Source: Octopus vulgaris
Lineage: Eukaryota
Assembly (NCBI GenBank): GCA_951406725.2
Contig: OX597814.1
Coordinates: 73,160,001-73,224,000, forward strand
Direction of reading: 5' to 3'
DNA length: 64,000 nt
Position 1 is the first letter of the stretch, and every line of letters begins with the position of its first letter. The notes below the pieces were generated by a model that saw only the letters and a list, made by a program, of their open reading frames with translations, searched no databases and was not told the origin of the DNA. Of the stretch, positions 35,694-49,153 are shown piece after piece. The position numbers were made by a program, and so were the translations under genes.

Positions 35694-36159
35694 ATGGATC
35701 CTGTCGGGAGTAACTGCAGTGAGTCCAGTTTGGCTAACTCTAGTGTATCATCCGTTGTCACCTCGGATGATACCAAGGATGGTGAGAAAACACGTGAAGC
35801 TGTTCACGTTGGTCCATCAATAGTACCATCAGCGGACAAAAGTGTTACTACAACGAAACCTCAAGTTCAGGTAGTTGGCGGTAGTTCCGGTCAAGGCCTA
35901 GTGGCAGAAAGTAAAGATTCTGTAACCAGCTCGACTCCAACAGAACTAACTAGCAGTGTTGATTCTTTAAGTAGCAGTGTGTCTAACACTACTAATGTTA
36001 GTTGTAGTAATGTCATTACAGGTAACACTAATATGACCGGTACCAAAACTCAAAGTATCGGCGACATGAAATCCGTAACTCAGTTTATAGAAGAGATAAA
36101 ATCTGTGAACGACTTGATAAATTGCTCTACTGATTCCACTTCAAAGACTGCACCTTCAG
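35694..36159 (+). CDS. EDC4: EDC4 (Ge-1) coding exon 1, Ser/Thr-rich N-terminus
   Basis: ORF from ATG 35694; donor g|GTAAAT at 36160 (phase 1); chains in frame through exons 2-3 into clearly EDC4-like exons. Confidence 0.75.
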
Positions 36160-37402
36160 GTAAATGTTTCATTCAAACTAATTTATCTTCACCGTTCTAT
36201 TGGAACAAGTATATTTGTCGACTATGCTTGTTGTTGGTGCTGTTTCTTGAAAAAGTCGAAGATGATAAATGTTAGAAACCATTACAGACAAAACAGGAAA
36301 TATATAGTTGCGTTTGATAATTCTAATTTATATGCATCTAGATACTTCAGCCTGTTTTTAAATTTCTATGTTGTTCGCCTATTCTGAATATTTATAGATA
36401 TTGGAAGTGTGCGTTAAACATACATATGTTGGAGTAATTCAAAATTTTACAAAATTTAGAGTCATCTTTGATCGCTCTACTCAGTTCATTGTCTTAGAAA
36501 GTTTCATTTATTTTTTCTTATATGACATTATTCTTTTGAAGGTAGTTGGTATGATTTTGTTCAATAATAATGCAACTTATGGATTTTGTCAAGTTTACTA
36601 CTGTGTCAAGATACTCATTTATTTTTGTCTAGTTTTAATTAGAAATCAGGGCGGTTTTTTTCATTTCTGGTAGTCTATGAAAGAAAAAGTGTTTTATTGA
36701 GATCAAAAATGTGAAAGTGAATTTAAAATGGTTAAAAAAAAAAAAAAAAGAAGCAATTTTAATATCTTGTACAACTACGTCTTTAACTAGTATTTGTTTC
36801 CTCTTTACTGCCAGGATTAATATTTAATACTTTCATCTGCGAAGAGAAAATGAAATACCAAAGAATCAAAAATTTCAATAATGAAAGTAGTGTACTGGTT
36901 ACATATTCCAGTGTTACAGTTCTCATTATTTCAATCGGATCCACAAATTTGGAATTACATCCAAAGCATGTCTATTAACTATGTCAAGATATATATATAT
37001 ATATGGCACATTCTAACTTTGAAAAGAATTGAAATTTGTTTTAAGTAGTTTAGGTGTGAATGGTGAAGGTCACGTAAAAGGGATTAAATTTTAGCTTGAT
37101 GAAAAGTAAGCGATAATTAATTGTGGTTGGTGGAAAAAATAAGCGATTTTTCTTGTATTATCGGAAAATCGGTACTAGTCTGGTTTTTACCAATTTTGAA
37201 CTGATTTAAATTTGGACGATTACACACGTACACGTGTGTGTGTCTGTATATATATAAATTCATAAATGAGGGTGAAAAATTAGATATTAATTTAATAATA
37301 CCATCAGTTTAACACCAAGTGGCTGGTGTTAAACAACTTTGGTGGCTATACCAGAAAAAGAAGCTATTTTTAGCACTAGGGTTAACCACTAGCGGTAACT
37401 CT

Positions 37403-37458
<56 letters not shown>

Positions 37459-38240
37459 TAGTTACAAAGTATCTACATTATTAATTACCTACAGAATTTT
37501 AGGTAGTTATGCTGAGTTCATTTGGTGAGTTGTGTTAATACAAAGGTACCAAAACTGCAACCATAACATAAAAGAATTTTTGAGGATTTGAAATTATTAT
37601 TGAACTTAGTGAAAATTTCATTTGGTTTTGTTGAATTTAAATTTCCTAAGTGTTTTTTCTCATGAAAATCTAATTTTGGTTTAAACGTTTCTACTCATAA
37701 TGTTTATAACTAAGTTTTATTGATAATTTTCTAAATTGAAAATGAAAATAGCCTGACTGATATAAATAGATGATTATTCTAATTTTATCCACCATCAGTG
37801 CACTAATAACTATAAATGTAAAATAATACATGTTTGGATGTATTATAACTATAAATGTAAAATAACTATAAATGTAAAATAATACATCTTTAACAGAAAT
37901 CCACAATAAATTACGTAGTTGCTTGTAAACAGATTACCTTTTAAACATTTTTGATGTATTAAAATTATTTTACATATGTAGAAAGTAAAATAAAAATGTA
38001 AACTAGCGTTTTTATGAAAACACTGTCATGATTTCAGCATTAAAGTTTAAGTAGGCAGAAAATGTTATGTAGAGGGTAACTGGTGGTTGAACATTATTGT
38101 GTTTGTTGATGTATATCGATTTATATTGTTTATATTGTATTATTGTGTATATGTATATATATGTAAGGATATGAGTATGTATGCACTCATATTTATATTT
38201 ATATGTAAATTATTTTAGGGTTTGTACTCATACTTGCATT

Positions 38241-38358
38241 AGAATCTCCGAAGAGGCCGTAAGATATTCTTGTTAATGTCTCATTTATACCTGCAATATA
38301 TGGCTAATAGGTTAAATGAGACATACCTATCTTCATGGCCGAAACAGCTGTCAGTTAT
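38241..38358 (+). ncRNA. Hammerhead-like motif, CCGAAGA core variant, in a PLE-derived repeat
   Basis: aatct-CCGAAGA-ggcc...atgtctcattta/taaatgagacat...ggcc-GAAAC-agct-GTC-agtt. Confidence 0.62.
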
Positions 38359-38716
38359 AACGTATATGTATTTTTATATCTTGTTATATTTATTTAGTTA
38401 TATCTCACCATATTGATTGTAATTATTGTACTGTATTAATGTCTAATCTCATTGCTATTGTGTAGTGTTTTAATAAAGTATATGATTCGGTATTATCTGA
38501 TAGTTGATGATTGATTTAGATATATTTCTCCATTTTCTCATTTTGTATTATTAATTTACGGTAAAAATAATTTTACCGTTGCCCACCTAATACAGTAAAT
38601 GAATTAATTGCATCGCAATTTTTAACATTTATGCATTAGCTTTGTTGGGTACTTCTCTAGCAGTATATTGGATATATGTTATCCCATGGAGGGTTGAATT
38701 TACAACCCCTATCTCA

Positions 38717-38756
<40 letters not shown>

Positions 38757-38757
38757 T

Positions 38758-38915
38758 ACGATGGGCTTCTTTCAGTTTCTATCTACCGAATCCACTCACA
38801 AGGCTTTGGTCAGCCCGAGGGTATAGTAGAAGACACTTGCCCAAAGTGTCATGCAGTGGGACTGAACCTGGAACCATGTGGTCGGTAAGCAAGCTTCTTA
38901 CCACACAGCCACTTC
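38758..38915 (-). mobile_element. tRNA-derived SINE
   Basis: Minus strand gtggctgtgtggtaagaagcttgct...ggttcagtccc (A/B boxes), CORE-like ttgggcaagtgtctt segment, TA tail. Confidence 0.75.
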
Positions 38916-39328
38916 TATGCCATATTGAATTTAAATACTGAAATTGTTTATTTCAAACATAAATATTGAAATATTTACTTAACATCAAATCCAAAAGTAT
39001 TAGATTAAACAGTCATCCTGAGCAAACTTGACTGGTGTGTTTGCTAATAATTGATAAATTGTCTTGATACAGGTTATACTTTTCATAAGGTTGTAGTTTA
39101 TCAAACTGCTGATCTCCTCTTCAGAACATATATTTGCAATATTTATAACTACACTGTTTTGGTCTCTGTCATCAAGTGTTTTATTTCCAGATATGTGCAC
39201 TCATCCAGATTGACTTGTATCCATAAAATATCTTGATCTAAGGGATATAAATACATTAGAAATTAATTACAAATTATTTTTTTTGTTACTTCCTCCTGGC
39301 TTTTTATTTCATTTTCTTAATTTTTCAG

Positions 39329-39374
39329 GATCTGTTTGCAATCATAATGGTGGAACAAATATTGGAGGAGCTAA
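39329..39374 (+). CDS. EDC4: EDC4 coding exon 2 (46 nt, GSVCNHNGGTNIGGA)
   Basis: Polypyrimidine tract + cag|, donor |gtatgt; phases 1/2 bridge exons 1 and 3 exactly. Confidence 0.65.
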
Positions 39375-39436
39375 GTATGTTAACAATTTTATTGTTGTTT
39401 GTTTCTTAGAGAATATAACAAATAATTCATCTTTAA

Positions 39437-39658
39437 CCCTTTTGATACCAACCCTGCTAAAACCGCCTCTGGCTCTGTAGTACAAATGTCTTGTTTTCAA
39501 AAGTTCTGAATTAAAATCTTCCACCAAACTTTAGTCACAATCTATGTACCTAACACTAGCTTAATGATAACTAAGTTATTTTACTAAATTCTTTGTTATA
39601 TTTAAAATTAATTGAAAGAAACACAGAGCATCTCAGCAGAAATATGGTAACAAAAGGG
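39437..39658. mobile_element. piggyBac-like non-autonomous element
   Basis: ttaa|cccttttgatacca ... tggtaacaaaaggg|tgaa; homologous copy at 7143-7916. Confidence 0.6.
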
Positions 39659-41479
39659 TGAAGCTGATTTTGAACTTGCACTGATTCTTTCTACAACTAA
39701 TTTAATCAAATTGTCTTAATTTTCTCTTTTGAGAGTTTTAATCATACAATGTAGATATGAAATATCTAGGGTTGTCTAAATGTTAACATAATGAATTTCT
39801 AAAAATATTAGAATTTTAAGAGAGCTTGAATTTTTTAGTTAAAAAAAACTCAACTTTTACAAAAGTTTAGTCAGCACATTTGTAATAAATTTCATATCTT
39901 TGAATGTAATTTTGGGGAATTTTTTTTAGCCCTTTAGCATTCAAACAGACTATATCAGGCCTAGATATTCTACTACCTGTTTTATGTTCAAAACACTCTA
40001 TTAGGCATTGCACCAATTGTAATCTGCTGTTTCAAGATTTTTCAGAACTACAGTTTGAAATACTAAGTAAATCATAGAAACACATTGGCTGTGAGTTAAT
40101 GTTCACTTTCAGTGAATATGTCTTTTTCATTTTCACTGAAAGTAAATTGTTGTGTATTTGAGTAGAACTCTTAATTCTTCATAACCCAGATCATCTGTTG
40201 AGAGTATGTGCCTGGTCATCTTCGAATGTTGGGCTATTCATTTTCTTAACATAATGAAATCAAATCTAGATTCTAACCTTAACCTCCTCCAAAACATGGG
40301 AAACATTTACATTTATTACTATAAGACTTAGGATTAAAATTAATATTTCTTAAATAACAATGTTTGCTAGTATGCATTGAGGTTAGGTGTTTAAAATTTC
40401 ATAATGGTCATATATTGTTTCTTCTGTTGCAACTACATTTCTTTTGTTTTTCCCCACCTCAAATCCTATACTAAACACTTTGTTCTTCTTTCCCAAAACT
40501 CCTCTCAACCCACATTTTTCTTAATCCTCATCAAGATTAGAAGTTTATTAAAGCAGATTTAGGTATTATGTTATATAGATTGTTATTTAGCTCCAATTCA
40601 TCCTTCATTTAGCAATACCTTACATGGTACTGGAAGATGTAAAGGATAACTGTATTGTTAGTCTCCTTGTATGCATTTTAATATATTCATTACATCAGTG
40701 GTGTATAGAGATTTTTGTCACGGGGTATACTGCTGTGCTAGTCCGGCTATTCTTTTCTACTCTAGGCACAAGGCCCAAAACTTTTAGGGAAAAAGGGTGT
40801 TATCTTTTCTACTCTAGGCACAAGGCCTGAAGTACGAGTACAAAAACATATTTTTCTTCTGGGACACAATTATTTGAATCTGACTTTGTTTCTGAGGGTG
40901 TATTAGATTTGAAAACAAATCATAACCAGATTATATTTGTGATACTGTATGAACAGAATTATTTATAATGAAAATTTACCAACTTGGGTAGGTATGCATC
41001 ACATACCTATGACAAAGGATGAAGCTCCTTCCCAAGTTATATAGACTCATAAGGGCTGTTTTCTCGTTTCTGTGGTATGTATATTTCTCACTGGACACAA
41101 TTCCAGTCTGTTGTAGAATAACTCATTTTTGCTAGCTGGGTGGACTGGAGTAACATGAAATGAAGTGTTTTGCTCAATCACAAGTCCAACATTGTAACCA
41201 TTAAATCATGTGCCTCCATCACTTACTAGCAAACCCAAAATATATACTCCTGCATTACATAGTCATTATTATCATTTATTAAGTACATTAAATTTATTAA
41301 GTCTATTTTTACTTTTAGAAATTATAATATTAGACATTTCATTTTTTTAAAATTCATTAATTATAAAAGGAACATTATGCGGTCAATTAAAAAAATTATC
41401 ATTGACATGTTTTGCTACTCTGCAGCATCATATTTTGTACATATGCATCATACACTCTGATCTTCATTGAGAGAGAGAA

Positions 41480-43760
41480 TCCTCTTTTTTCCAACAGAGG
41501 TAATAGCTTTCTAAACTTTGTCCATCTCGTCTTTCTTTTGGTTTACTATACTTTTAGAACATCCTCTTCCCCTGTTAAGACCTCTTAGTAACAAGATCTG
41601 ACCATTTGAAAGAATTTATATTATAGGTGTTCTAATGTTAACTACTCTTGTGCATCTATTACATATGAAACCCCTGTTTCTTTGTTGGCCTTGTGCTCTC
41701 AGAGCATCCACTTCCCTTACTAATCAGTGTGTCAAAGTAACAGAGGCTAACTACTTCTAATGAGCTTTCCTGGTATAAGGAATATATTTCATGGATGCTT
41801 CTACTGCTAGCTACTCTTGTGCATCTGCTACATATGAAGTCTTTCTTTGTTGACTTGCTTGTGTTACTACTATGTCTCATGTGCAGCCACAGTTTATATG
41901 TAGTTTACAGCAATGCTTCATAAACTATCTGATGTGGCATACTGGCAGTTTTTTTCCCAATGTGCCAGGGACTGGTAATATTTCTTAGTAATATTAATTA
42001 ATACTGGATATAACATATATAATCATCATCATGTTTAACGTCAGTTTTCCATGCTGGCATGGGTCGGATGGTTTGACTTAGGTCTGGATAGCTAGCGATT
42101 GCACCAGGCTTCAATCTGATCTGCCAGTGTTTCTACTGCTGGATGCCCTTCTTAATGCCAACTACTCTGAGAGTGTAGTGGGTGCGTTTTACGTGCCACC
42201 AGCACAGGAGCCAGTCAGGCGGGCCTGACATCAATCAACGTTCGGATGGTGCTTTTTATGTGCCATTGGCATGGGGCCAGTCAGTGAGTACTGGCATCGG
42301 CCACATTTGGATGGTGCTTTTTACATGCCACCGGGACAGGAGCCAGTCAGGGGGCACTGGCCACAGCTATGATATAATATTTAATAAAAGTTGACAATTT
42401 CTTATCTTATATTTATTTTGTAAACAAATTATACAATATTACATAAGCATTTTAAAATGTTTCTTTCTTTTCTGGAAACAAACCATGTACTGGCAGCTGA
42501 TGGCTTGTGAATCAGCATCAGTCCATGAACCACCACTTTAAGTAGCACTGGCTTATAGTACAGATTTCCTACCTAGTTCTTTTCTACTTATTGAGTATTG
42601 TCACCTCTCTGATACAGTAAAGCCTTATTTTCTTTCTTGCTAACAAAAACTTTTGTCATTGCTTTGTTTATTTTCAGGCCTTTTGATTCTAGGTTTTGGT
42701 GTCACATTTGAAATTTCTTTAATTCTTTGGCTGACTCAGATATGAAGCCTAGGTCATCAGCTGATAGCTTTTCCAATTGCTTGTCTTAAATCCCTGTGTT
42801 ATGACCTGGAGAACAATAATGAAAAAAGAGTTGAGAACTGAATTCTAGATACCTATGTGTACACTGAGTTCCTTTTAACTCTTACTTTTCCAACAGTTTC
42901 TCTTAATGTCATTTTCACATCTCTTATGCCATTTCATTTAGTTTTGTCACCACAGAACTACAGAGCAAGGCTTTCTCTAGGATAACAAATACTAGATGTA
43001 TTGGTTTGATCTTTGGCAAGAACTTGTGTACTTATCTTACTTGGAAAAGGACATTGTGGGTACCTTCCACTTGCTTCTAACTAGGGTATCTCTTGCACTT
43101 GTTGTAGTCAATGATACTATTATACCAGTGATTGTGAATGACACCTCCCTGTATTAGTTTGTCAGATATTTTCAGCATCATAGTGATTATTTTTGATGGT
43201 CCACTTGCTTGTCCCTTCCTTTACATTCTTAATTGTTCTTTCAACTGTGTAGTTATCAACTTCATTAGCAAGTCTCTCAGTATTGTTTACTTGAGACAGT
43301 TTATCTTTATTCCATACATTCTCCTCATTCAGCAACCTTTCATGGTAATATTTGTATTACTTTTAGAATCAGTGAAGGCAAGTGCGGCATCATAATTCCA
43401 TAAATATTTTTCCCCAACAATATCTGGATTTGCTTTGATACACTGCTTTATATTCAGGAACACCTCACATCTCTGGTTCTCTCATCATAGAACATTGGCA
43501 TACTACTTTTAATGTTTCTCTTTGCTATCTATAACTTCTCTTCCATGTAACTGATATTGTTCTTTGCTCTCTTTTTCAATCTTTCCATTCTTTCATGGCT
43601 CTAACTGCTGTACCATTCCACCATCATGCTGCGTCCAGCTGGAACCTTGTGGGATCCATAGTTCCAGTTTGTGGTTTACAGCAATTTCTTTCAAACTGCT
43701 AGTTCTGTATATTATTAGTCTCTATCTCTCTTTTTTGATATATGACTGCTTGCCTGGTTA
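41480..43760 (-). mobile_element. Degenerate RTE LINE fragments, interrupted by a younger RTE 3' tail (about 42022-42370)
   Basis: FICSRCT...LEVVSLCYF..LISKGSGCSES resembles the C-terminus of the 61.4-64 kb RTE; the (cat)n-tttaacgtc..ttccatgct tail matches 58548-58743. Confidence 0.65.
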
Positions 43761-43990
43761 ATAATGAAAGCTTTAAATGTGTAGAAAACTTAAAGAAAAA
43801 CAATATAATGTTTTTTGATATTGTGTTATTCATGTAGGATGATTCTTGTAACCTTTATTTTTTTTTCAATTACTCATTGGTTCAAAATATTCTGTTAAAT
43901 ATAATTTTATCAGTTTATTAGTGATAATCTTGCATATATATTTATAATATATATTTTATTATAATTGCAATTTTTTTTTTTATTATTTAG

Positions 43991-44050
43991 CCATTTAGCA
44001 CAACCTGCTGCCATTTTTGGTTACCGAAGTTCTAACAACACTCAGAGAAT
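43991..44050 (+). CDS. EDC4: EDC4 coding exon 3 (60 nt, HLAQPAAIFGYRSSNNTQR)
   Basis: tttag| acceptor and |gtaagt donor; phase 2/2, open frame. Confidence 0.7.
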
Positions 44051-44382
44051 GTAAGTACAACTTTACGAACTTCTAATATATAAATTTTTTCAATTTACGA
44101 ATACTTTAGTATGAAAAGAAATGCTAAGTTATAGCTCAATATACAGATTGACTTTTAGGTGGATGAATATTACTGTAAATACTAACTTGTAGAAAAAAAA
44201 ACATGAAGTTTCGTCTTTTGGTACAGTAAAATTATTGTTATTTAAAGTATTTATTCAAATAAAAATATTTGTGTGATGTTAAATGTATATTGTTAGAATC
44301 TAAAGTGGTGGATTTTATATCTTGACTTATATCAAAATAATACAGCTTGAAGAATCATTGAATGTTGACTTTGCTATTGCAG

Positions 44383-44494
44383 AATTCTTGAAGGAAATGA
44401 TCGTGCTAATACCTTCAGTGTCAAGAGTAAAGAAGTGGAGGTTATTACTAGCAGATTGAGTAGCAATCCAGAAAATCAAGCTGGGAGCAACAAG
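44383..44494 (+). CDS. EDC4: EDC4 coding exon 4 (ILEGNDRANTFSVKSKEVEVITSRLSSNPENQAGSNK)
   Basis: Matches the recalled EDC4 sequence ICLSGDD...KEVEIVAS...GSNK; canonical splice sites. Confidence 0.88.
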
Positions 44495-45386
44495 GTAATT
44501 TTTTTTTTGTATGACTTATAAAAAATGAATTTTAAAAATTGTATCTTTTGAGTGCAAATCTATTGTGATAGTAGTTGGTTTTATAAACTATTTTTTATGT
44601 TGCATGTAATAATAGAGAGTACAGCATTCATTTCAAGAACTAAAGTGGTTTTTTTACTTTTTCATTTAAAAACAAAGGAAATTAATAAATTCCTCTTTCA
44701 GTTGGTTCTTCTCAAGTTTTTTAATTTGTATATGAAGCCATACGAATCCAGTAAATTGTATTTAATGTTATAAAGACATTTTACCTGTTCTAGTTAAAAT
44801 TCTATTCCAAATAGGTATTTACTCAATAGATTTCTTTTACCGTAACTTTTTAAATGATTAAAATAATTTGACAGCCTTTAATGAAAGGCTGTCAAACCTT
44901 GTTGCTGTTCACAGAAATGGTGTGTTTGTTGCTTATTGCCTTCGAGGTGAGAGTCTTCTTTGTTTCAAATATGAATAATATTTGAATATTTTACAAAAAC
45001 TTAATTTTTATAAATTTATTTGTTGTTACTTGTCTACTCTGATCACTTAAAATGTAACCAGTTTAATCAGTTTGCCAAGTATAATTTTGATAAGTTGATT
45101 GTATTTTATCAGTTCTAAATGCCATAATTTGAACTTAAGTGAACATCTTAGATTAACTGTCTAAGATATTACTCTCATTTAAATTGAATATACATTGCAA
45201 ACTGAGGACAATGTGTAGTGAAGGAAAAAAGTAAAACCTGATTTCTTATATAAAATTGATGAAAATAATTAAATAGGAATTTTATTATTCCTGTTTGTAT
45301 AAGTTGATGGATTTGAATGAAAACATCTAGAAAGTTACTTTACATTAAATACTTTTTTCTTTTTTATTTATTTTTATAATTTTTAG

Positions 45387-45492
45387 GTGAAAACAACAAC
45401 AGTTGTGAAATTTGAGTGGGAAGCTCGGAAATATTTAGGCAACCTCGTTGCTGTTCACAGAAATGGTGTGTTTGTTGCTTATTGCCTTCGAG
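45387..45492 (+). CDS. EDC4: EDC4 coding exon 5 (VKTTTVVKFEWEARKYLGNLVAVHRNGVFVAYCLR)
   Basis: Matches VKIQPVAKYDWEQKYYYGNLIAV...LAYAIR, the start of the Ge1 WD40 domain; tttag| and |gtgaga sites. Confidence 0.92.
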
Positions 45493-46210
45493 GTGAGAGT
45501 CTTCTTTGTTTCAAATATGAAGTGTACTCTTGTGAATGTTGGGGCTTCAGCATTAACAGTGGGAAACCTGTTTCAAAACTTTTTTCAAATTGAGTTTGAG
45601 CAAGGGTATTGAAAAACTGGTTCTAGCACCTAAATGGCTAAAAGTAGAGGAGAAAAAAGAAAATAGACAGGCTTTTTGAATGATTAACATATAAATTACC
45701 TGTAGCATACAAAACTGATATATGATGATAAATTTTAATCTTTTAAAATCTGGGTTTATTTTGAATTTTGACTTGATTGTGTGCAGATTCCAGTTGTAAT
45801 GTAATGCTTTTTCTTTTGGTTACTTGCATCTGAAAATATGGTTGGTCCTACTTATAGTTTATGTTCCCTTCATCATCCTCATCATCATTTTATGTTGGTT
45901 TTTCTCAGCAGCCATCAGTTGGATGGATTGTCATAGTTTGTTGCTCTTTTAGAATTACTATACTCATACATATGTTGAGAACCATGTTTTGCTATGTTCC
46001 AATTTTTGGCATGGCTTCTTATCACTGGATGTTCTTCCTATCACCAACAACTTTTTAGACTGTACTGGGACACTTTATCATTCTGTGGTTACTAGAAAGG
46101 TTGTTAAAGAGTTTACTCTGCTGTATGTTATCTCTATTTGTTCATCAGTATCACAGAGATTATGATGTCCCTGACAAGATTTAAGAGTCCTCCACCCATA
46201 TAACTGAATA

Positions 46211-47883
46211 CAGTGCTCCCTCTTTATAACACAGGTTATGGGGTCCAAGAAAACCAACCGCGTTCTATCCAGGCCACAGATTCACGGGTAAAGGGGTAGG
46301 GTGGCAGGCGATAATAGAAAAAAATGAGATATTTGGTTTGATTAGTAAAGTGCACGAACAAAAAAAAACATTCAAGTTTAACATTTATTATACTATACCA
46401 ATAAATTACTTACAAAATATCATGAATTATAGTAAATACAATAACTTAAAAAAATGTTTACATTGTTTATTTCCGTAACTAGTTCCTGTTGACTCTAAAA
46501 TAAGAATTTTCAATAAATACTTATGAAATGCTTTTACATTGCATTTCTGATGTTATACCACCTAGTGAATGAATTGTAAGTGCTTAAAAGTATGTTTGAT
46601 TAATAAAGTTACATTGTATGAAAGTTCACATTTATTTTTTATTCAATCACATAAAAAAGTCTGTCAGCTTCTTCTGGCACAATCCTTTCCTCATCTTAAT
46701 CTGTGTCTGCCTGAGCAGGTTCTTCAGATGCATGGTGTAGACTGGGTCATGGTCTTCACACTCTGTATTCTATAAGCCACTTGAGATGTGAGATAGCCCC
46801 TGTGTGTGTCTTGGCTGGGGCTGGTGTCTCTGATTCCTCTGTGTCATCTGGCTCCTCCTCAATCTGCTCCACAATCTGGGTCTGTTAGTGTCTCTGTTGG
46901 GGGTATGGCTTCTTCTGCTTTCTGCCACCTGTTAACCCAGTCTTTCAGGGTCATTGTCTCCTCTAGACATTGTTTTGCTGCCCTGGTCTCCTCAGTGAAT
47001 CCCATGAATTCCTCTTTTTCTGGCCCTAGCTCTGGCTGTTGGGGCTGTGGGAAGGCTGCATCAAGGGCTTTGTTCCAGCAGTTGGCTATGGTCTTGGTTG
47101 ACACTGTAGCCCAGGTTCTGCCTGACAAGTAACTGGTATCATTGATGGTAAGCTGCTTCAGATAGTCTGGAACACTAAGTGGGGATTCTGTCATTTCCAG
47201 GATGAGTTCCTTCTTGCAGGTGGCTTTGAAGGCCTGAATGATGCCAGCATCACAGGACTGTATTTTGCTGGTTGTGTTCATGGGTAGATAGAGGACCTTG
47301 ATCTGGCCATCTCTGGTCTGTTAGATGTCTCCCTTTGGGTGGGCGGAGCAGTTATCTAGCAAGAAGATAGCTTTCTCCGGTAGGTTGAGGTTCCTAAGGT
47401 GGCTCCTAACAATAGGGACAAATAACTTGAAGAACCATTCTTCAAATATGCTTGAAATTATAATGAATGAAGTGGAATATGGTTTCCTTTTTATATAAAT
47501 TTGTACCTCCAGGGTGTTAATTACATCCTTTAAATATTAATTTGTTTGACTCATTTGAACCCCCAATCAAATTGTGGAAAACGAACTGTCAAAGGTGCTC
47601 ACTGGTCAAAAAGGTGTTGTTTTCATCACAAAATCAAAGAAATTATGCACACAAAACATGTAATGAGCACCAGATTATATGGTAACTGACTGCAATATTT
47701 TCAAGCTGTTGATTAAGGTATTTTGTTGAAATTTGCTGAAATTCTGCTTTTAATCAAGGTTTTTGCAGGTTGTGAGCAATAATGAAGGAAATTCTGCTTC
47801 AAATTATTTGGGGTTCATTCAAACCACCTGTGTTATATGCGGGGACGCGGTATAGCGAGACACCTTATAAAGAAAGAGCACTG
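46211..47883 (-). mobile_element. Tigger/pogo-like DNA transposon remnant
   Basis: TA-flanked TIRs cagtgctc..tttataa / ttataaagaaagagcactg; DDE_1 remnant [28 protein letters not shown]. Confidence 0.85.
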
Positions 47884-48966
47884 TAGGAGGAAAATAAAGT
47901 GCTAGAGAGTCTAAAGGAAGGGAGTCATAGTGGAAGTGTGATTAGAAAAGAATGTAATGTGTGTGTTTGTGTATTAGAGAGAATGGTTACATGATGGTTG
48001 TTGGTGAGGGAATTGAAACATGGTTAAGAGACAAGTACATAATGGTTCATAAGATATTGAATAGAAAACATAACCAAGATGGTGTTATAAGAGAGACAAT
48101 GAGAGTGCTCTGTGCAAGAGAGAGTAATAAAAGATAGAATGAACGACAGCTACTTGGTGGCTTGGTGATGAAAGAGGGAGTAATGAAAGCAGAAGTGAGT
48201 GATGTGTGTCAGTGAGTGATATACTTGAGGTGAGAAAGCGTGATAAAAGTGGAAACGAGAGAGAAAGTACAATGGATAGCAATAGAGATAAATCAGAATT
48301 CTCTTTCTAATCAGTTATGCTAACTCTTTCAATAGCTTTCATAATCTGATCCATCAATTTGATACTTTTGTAATTGCTCTTTTGTTTCTCCTTTGTTTTT
48401 GTAGCAATTGACAATGATATAACTATGTCAACCATTAGATACACTGTACTACCTGATTGACTATGTGATTGCCCTATCTCATCAGTTATTTTCAGCATCT
48501 CAGCAACAATCTCTTCATTGCCCAGCTGCCTTCTCTTAGTTCGCTGCACTTAAAGTAGGCCCTCCCTCTCCCATGTAATTTCATTCAACCTCTTATGGTA
48601 GCATATGGTTTTTGACATCAGTGAAGACAAATGCACTGTTATCACCCTGTACACACCGCTATTTCAATATCATTGCAGGAACTTATTTTATTGAAGGATG
48701 AAAGCCAAGTTGTTTTTAGTAATAGTTCTGAAATTAATAACTCTGATGTTGTTACTGACATGAATTGTAGTACTCCTCTGTTCATTTAAGTGATGACTAC
48801 GATTCTAACAATTGATTGTGTGGCACAATCTTTTGAAAAAAATCTATGTTGTGATTAATCTTCTACTTTCATATTTATGTAAATAAAAAAAAATCTTTTT
48901 ATATGTTATTGCCTAATCATCTTTTTTTTTATATTGAAAATACAAGCACTTTTTATATGTACACAG

Positions 48967-49153
48967 GTAAATCTGGTGCTAATGTACGCATACTTAATCG
49001 GAAAACTGCTGACAGGACATTATTAAAAGATTTCTGTGGACGTGTGACTGACTTGGCTTTTGCTTTCACTGATAAGATACTGCTTGCAGCCATTGATGAA
49101 ATGGGAAACCTTTATATACATCAAATTACTGGAGCCTCAGAGGGCAAAATTCA
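48967..49153 (+). CDS. EDC4: EDC4 coding exon 6 (GKSGANVRILNRKTADRTLLKDFCGRVTDLAFA...GKIQ)
   Basis: Matches VRVISVSTSERTLLKGFTGSVADLAFAH...GKIQ; ends at a U12-type donor GTATCCTTT. Confidence 0.92.
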
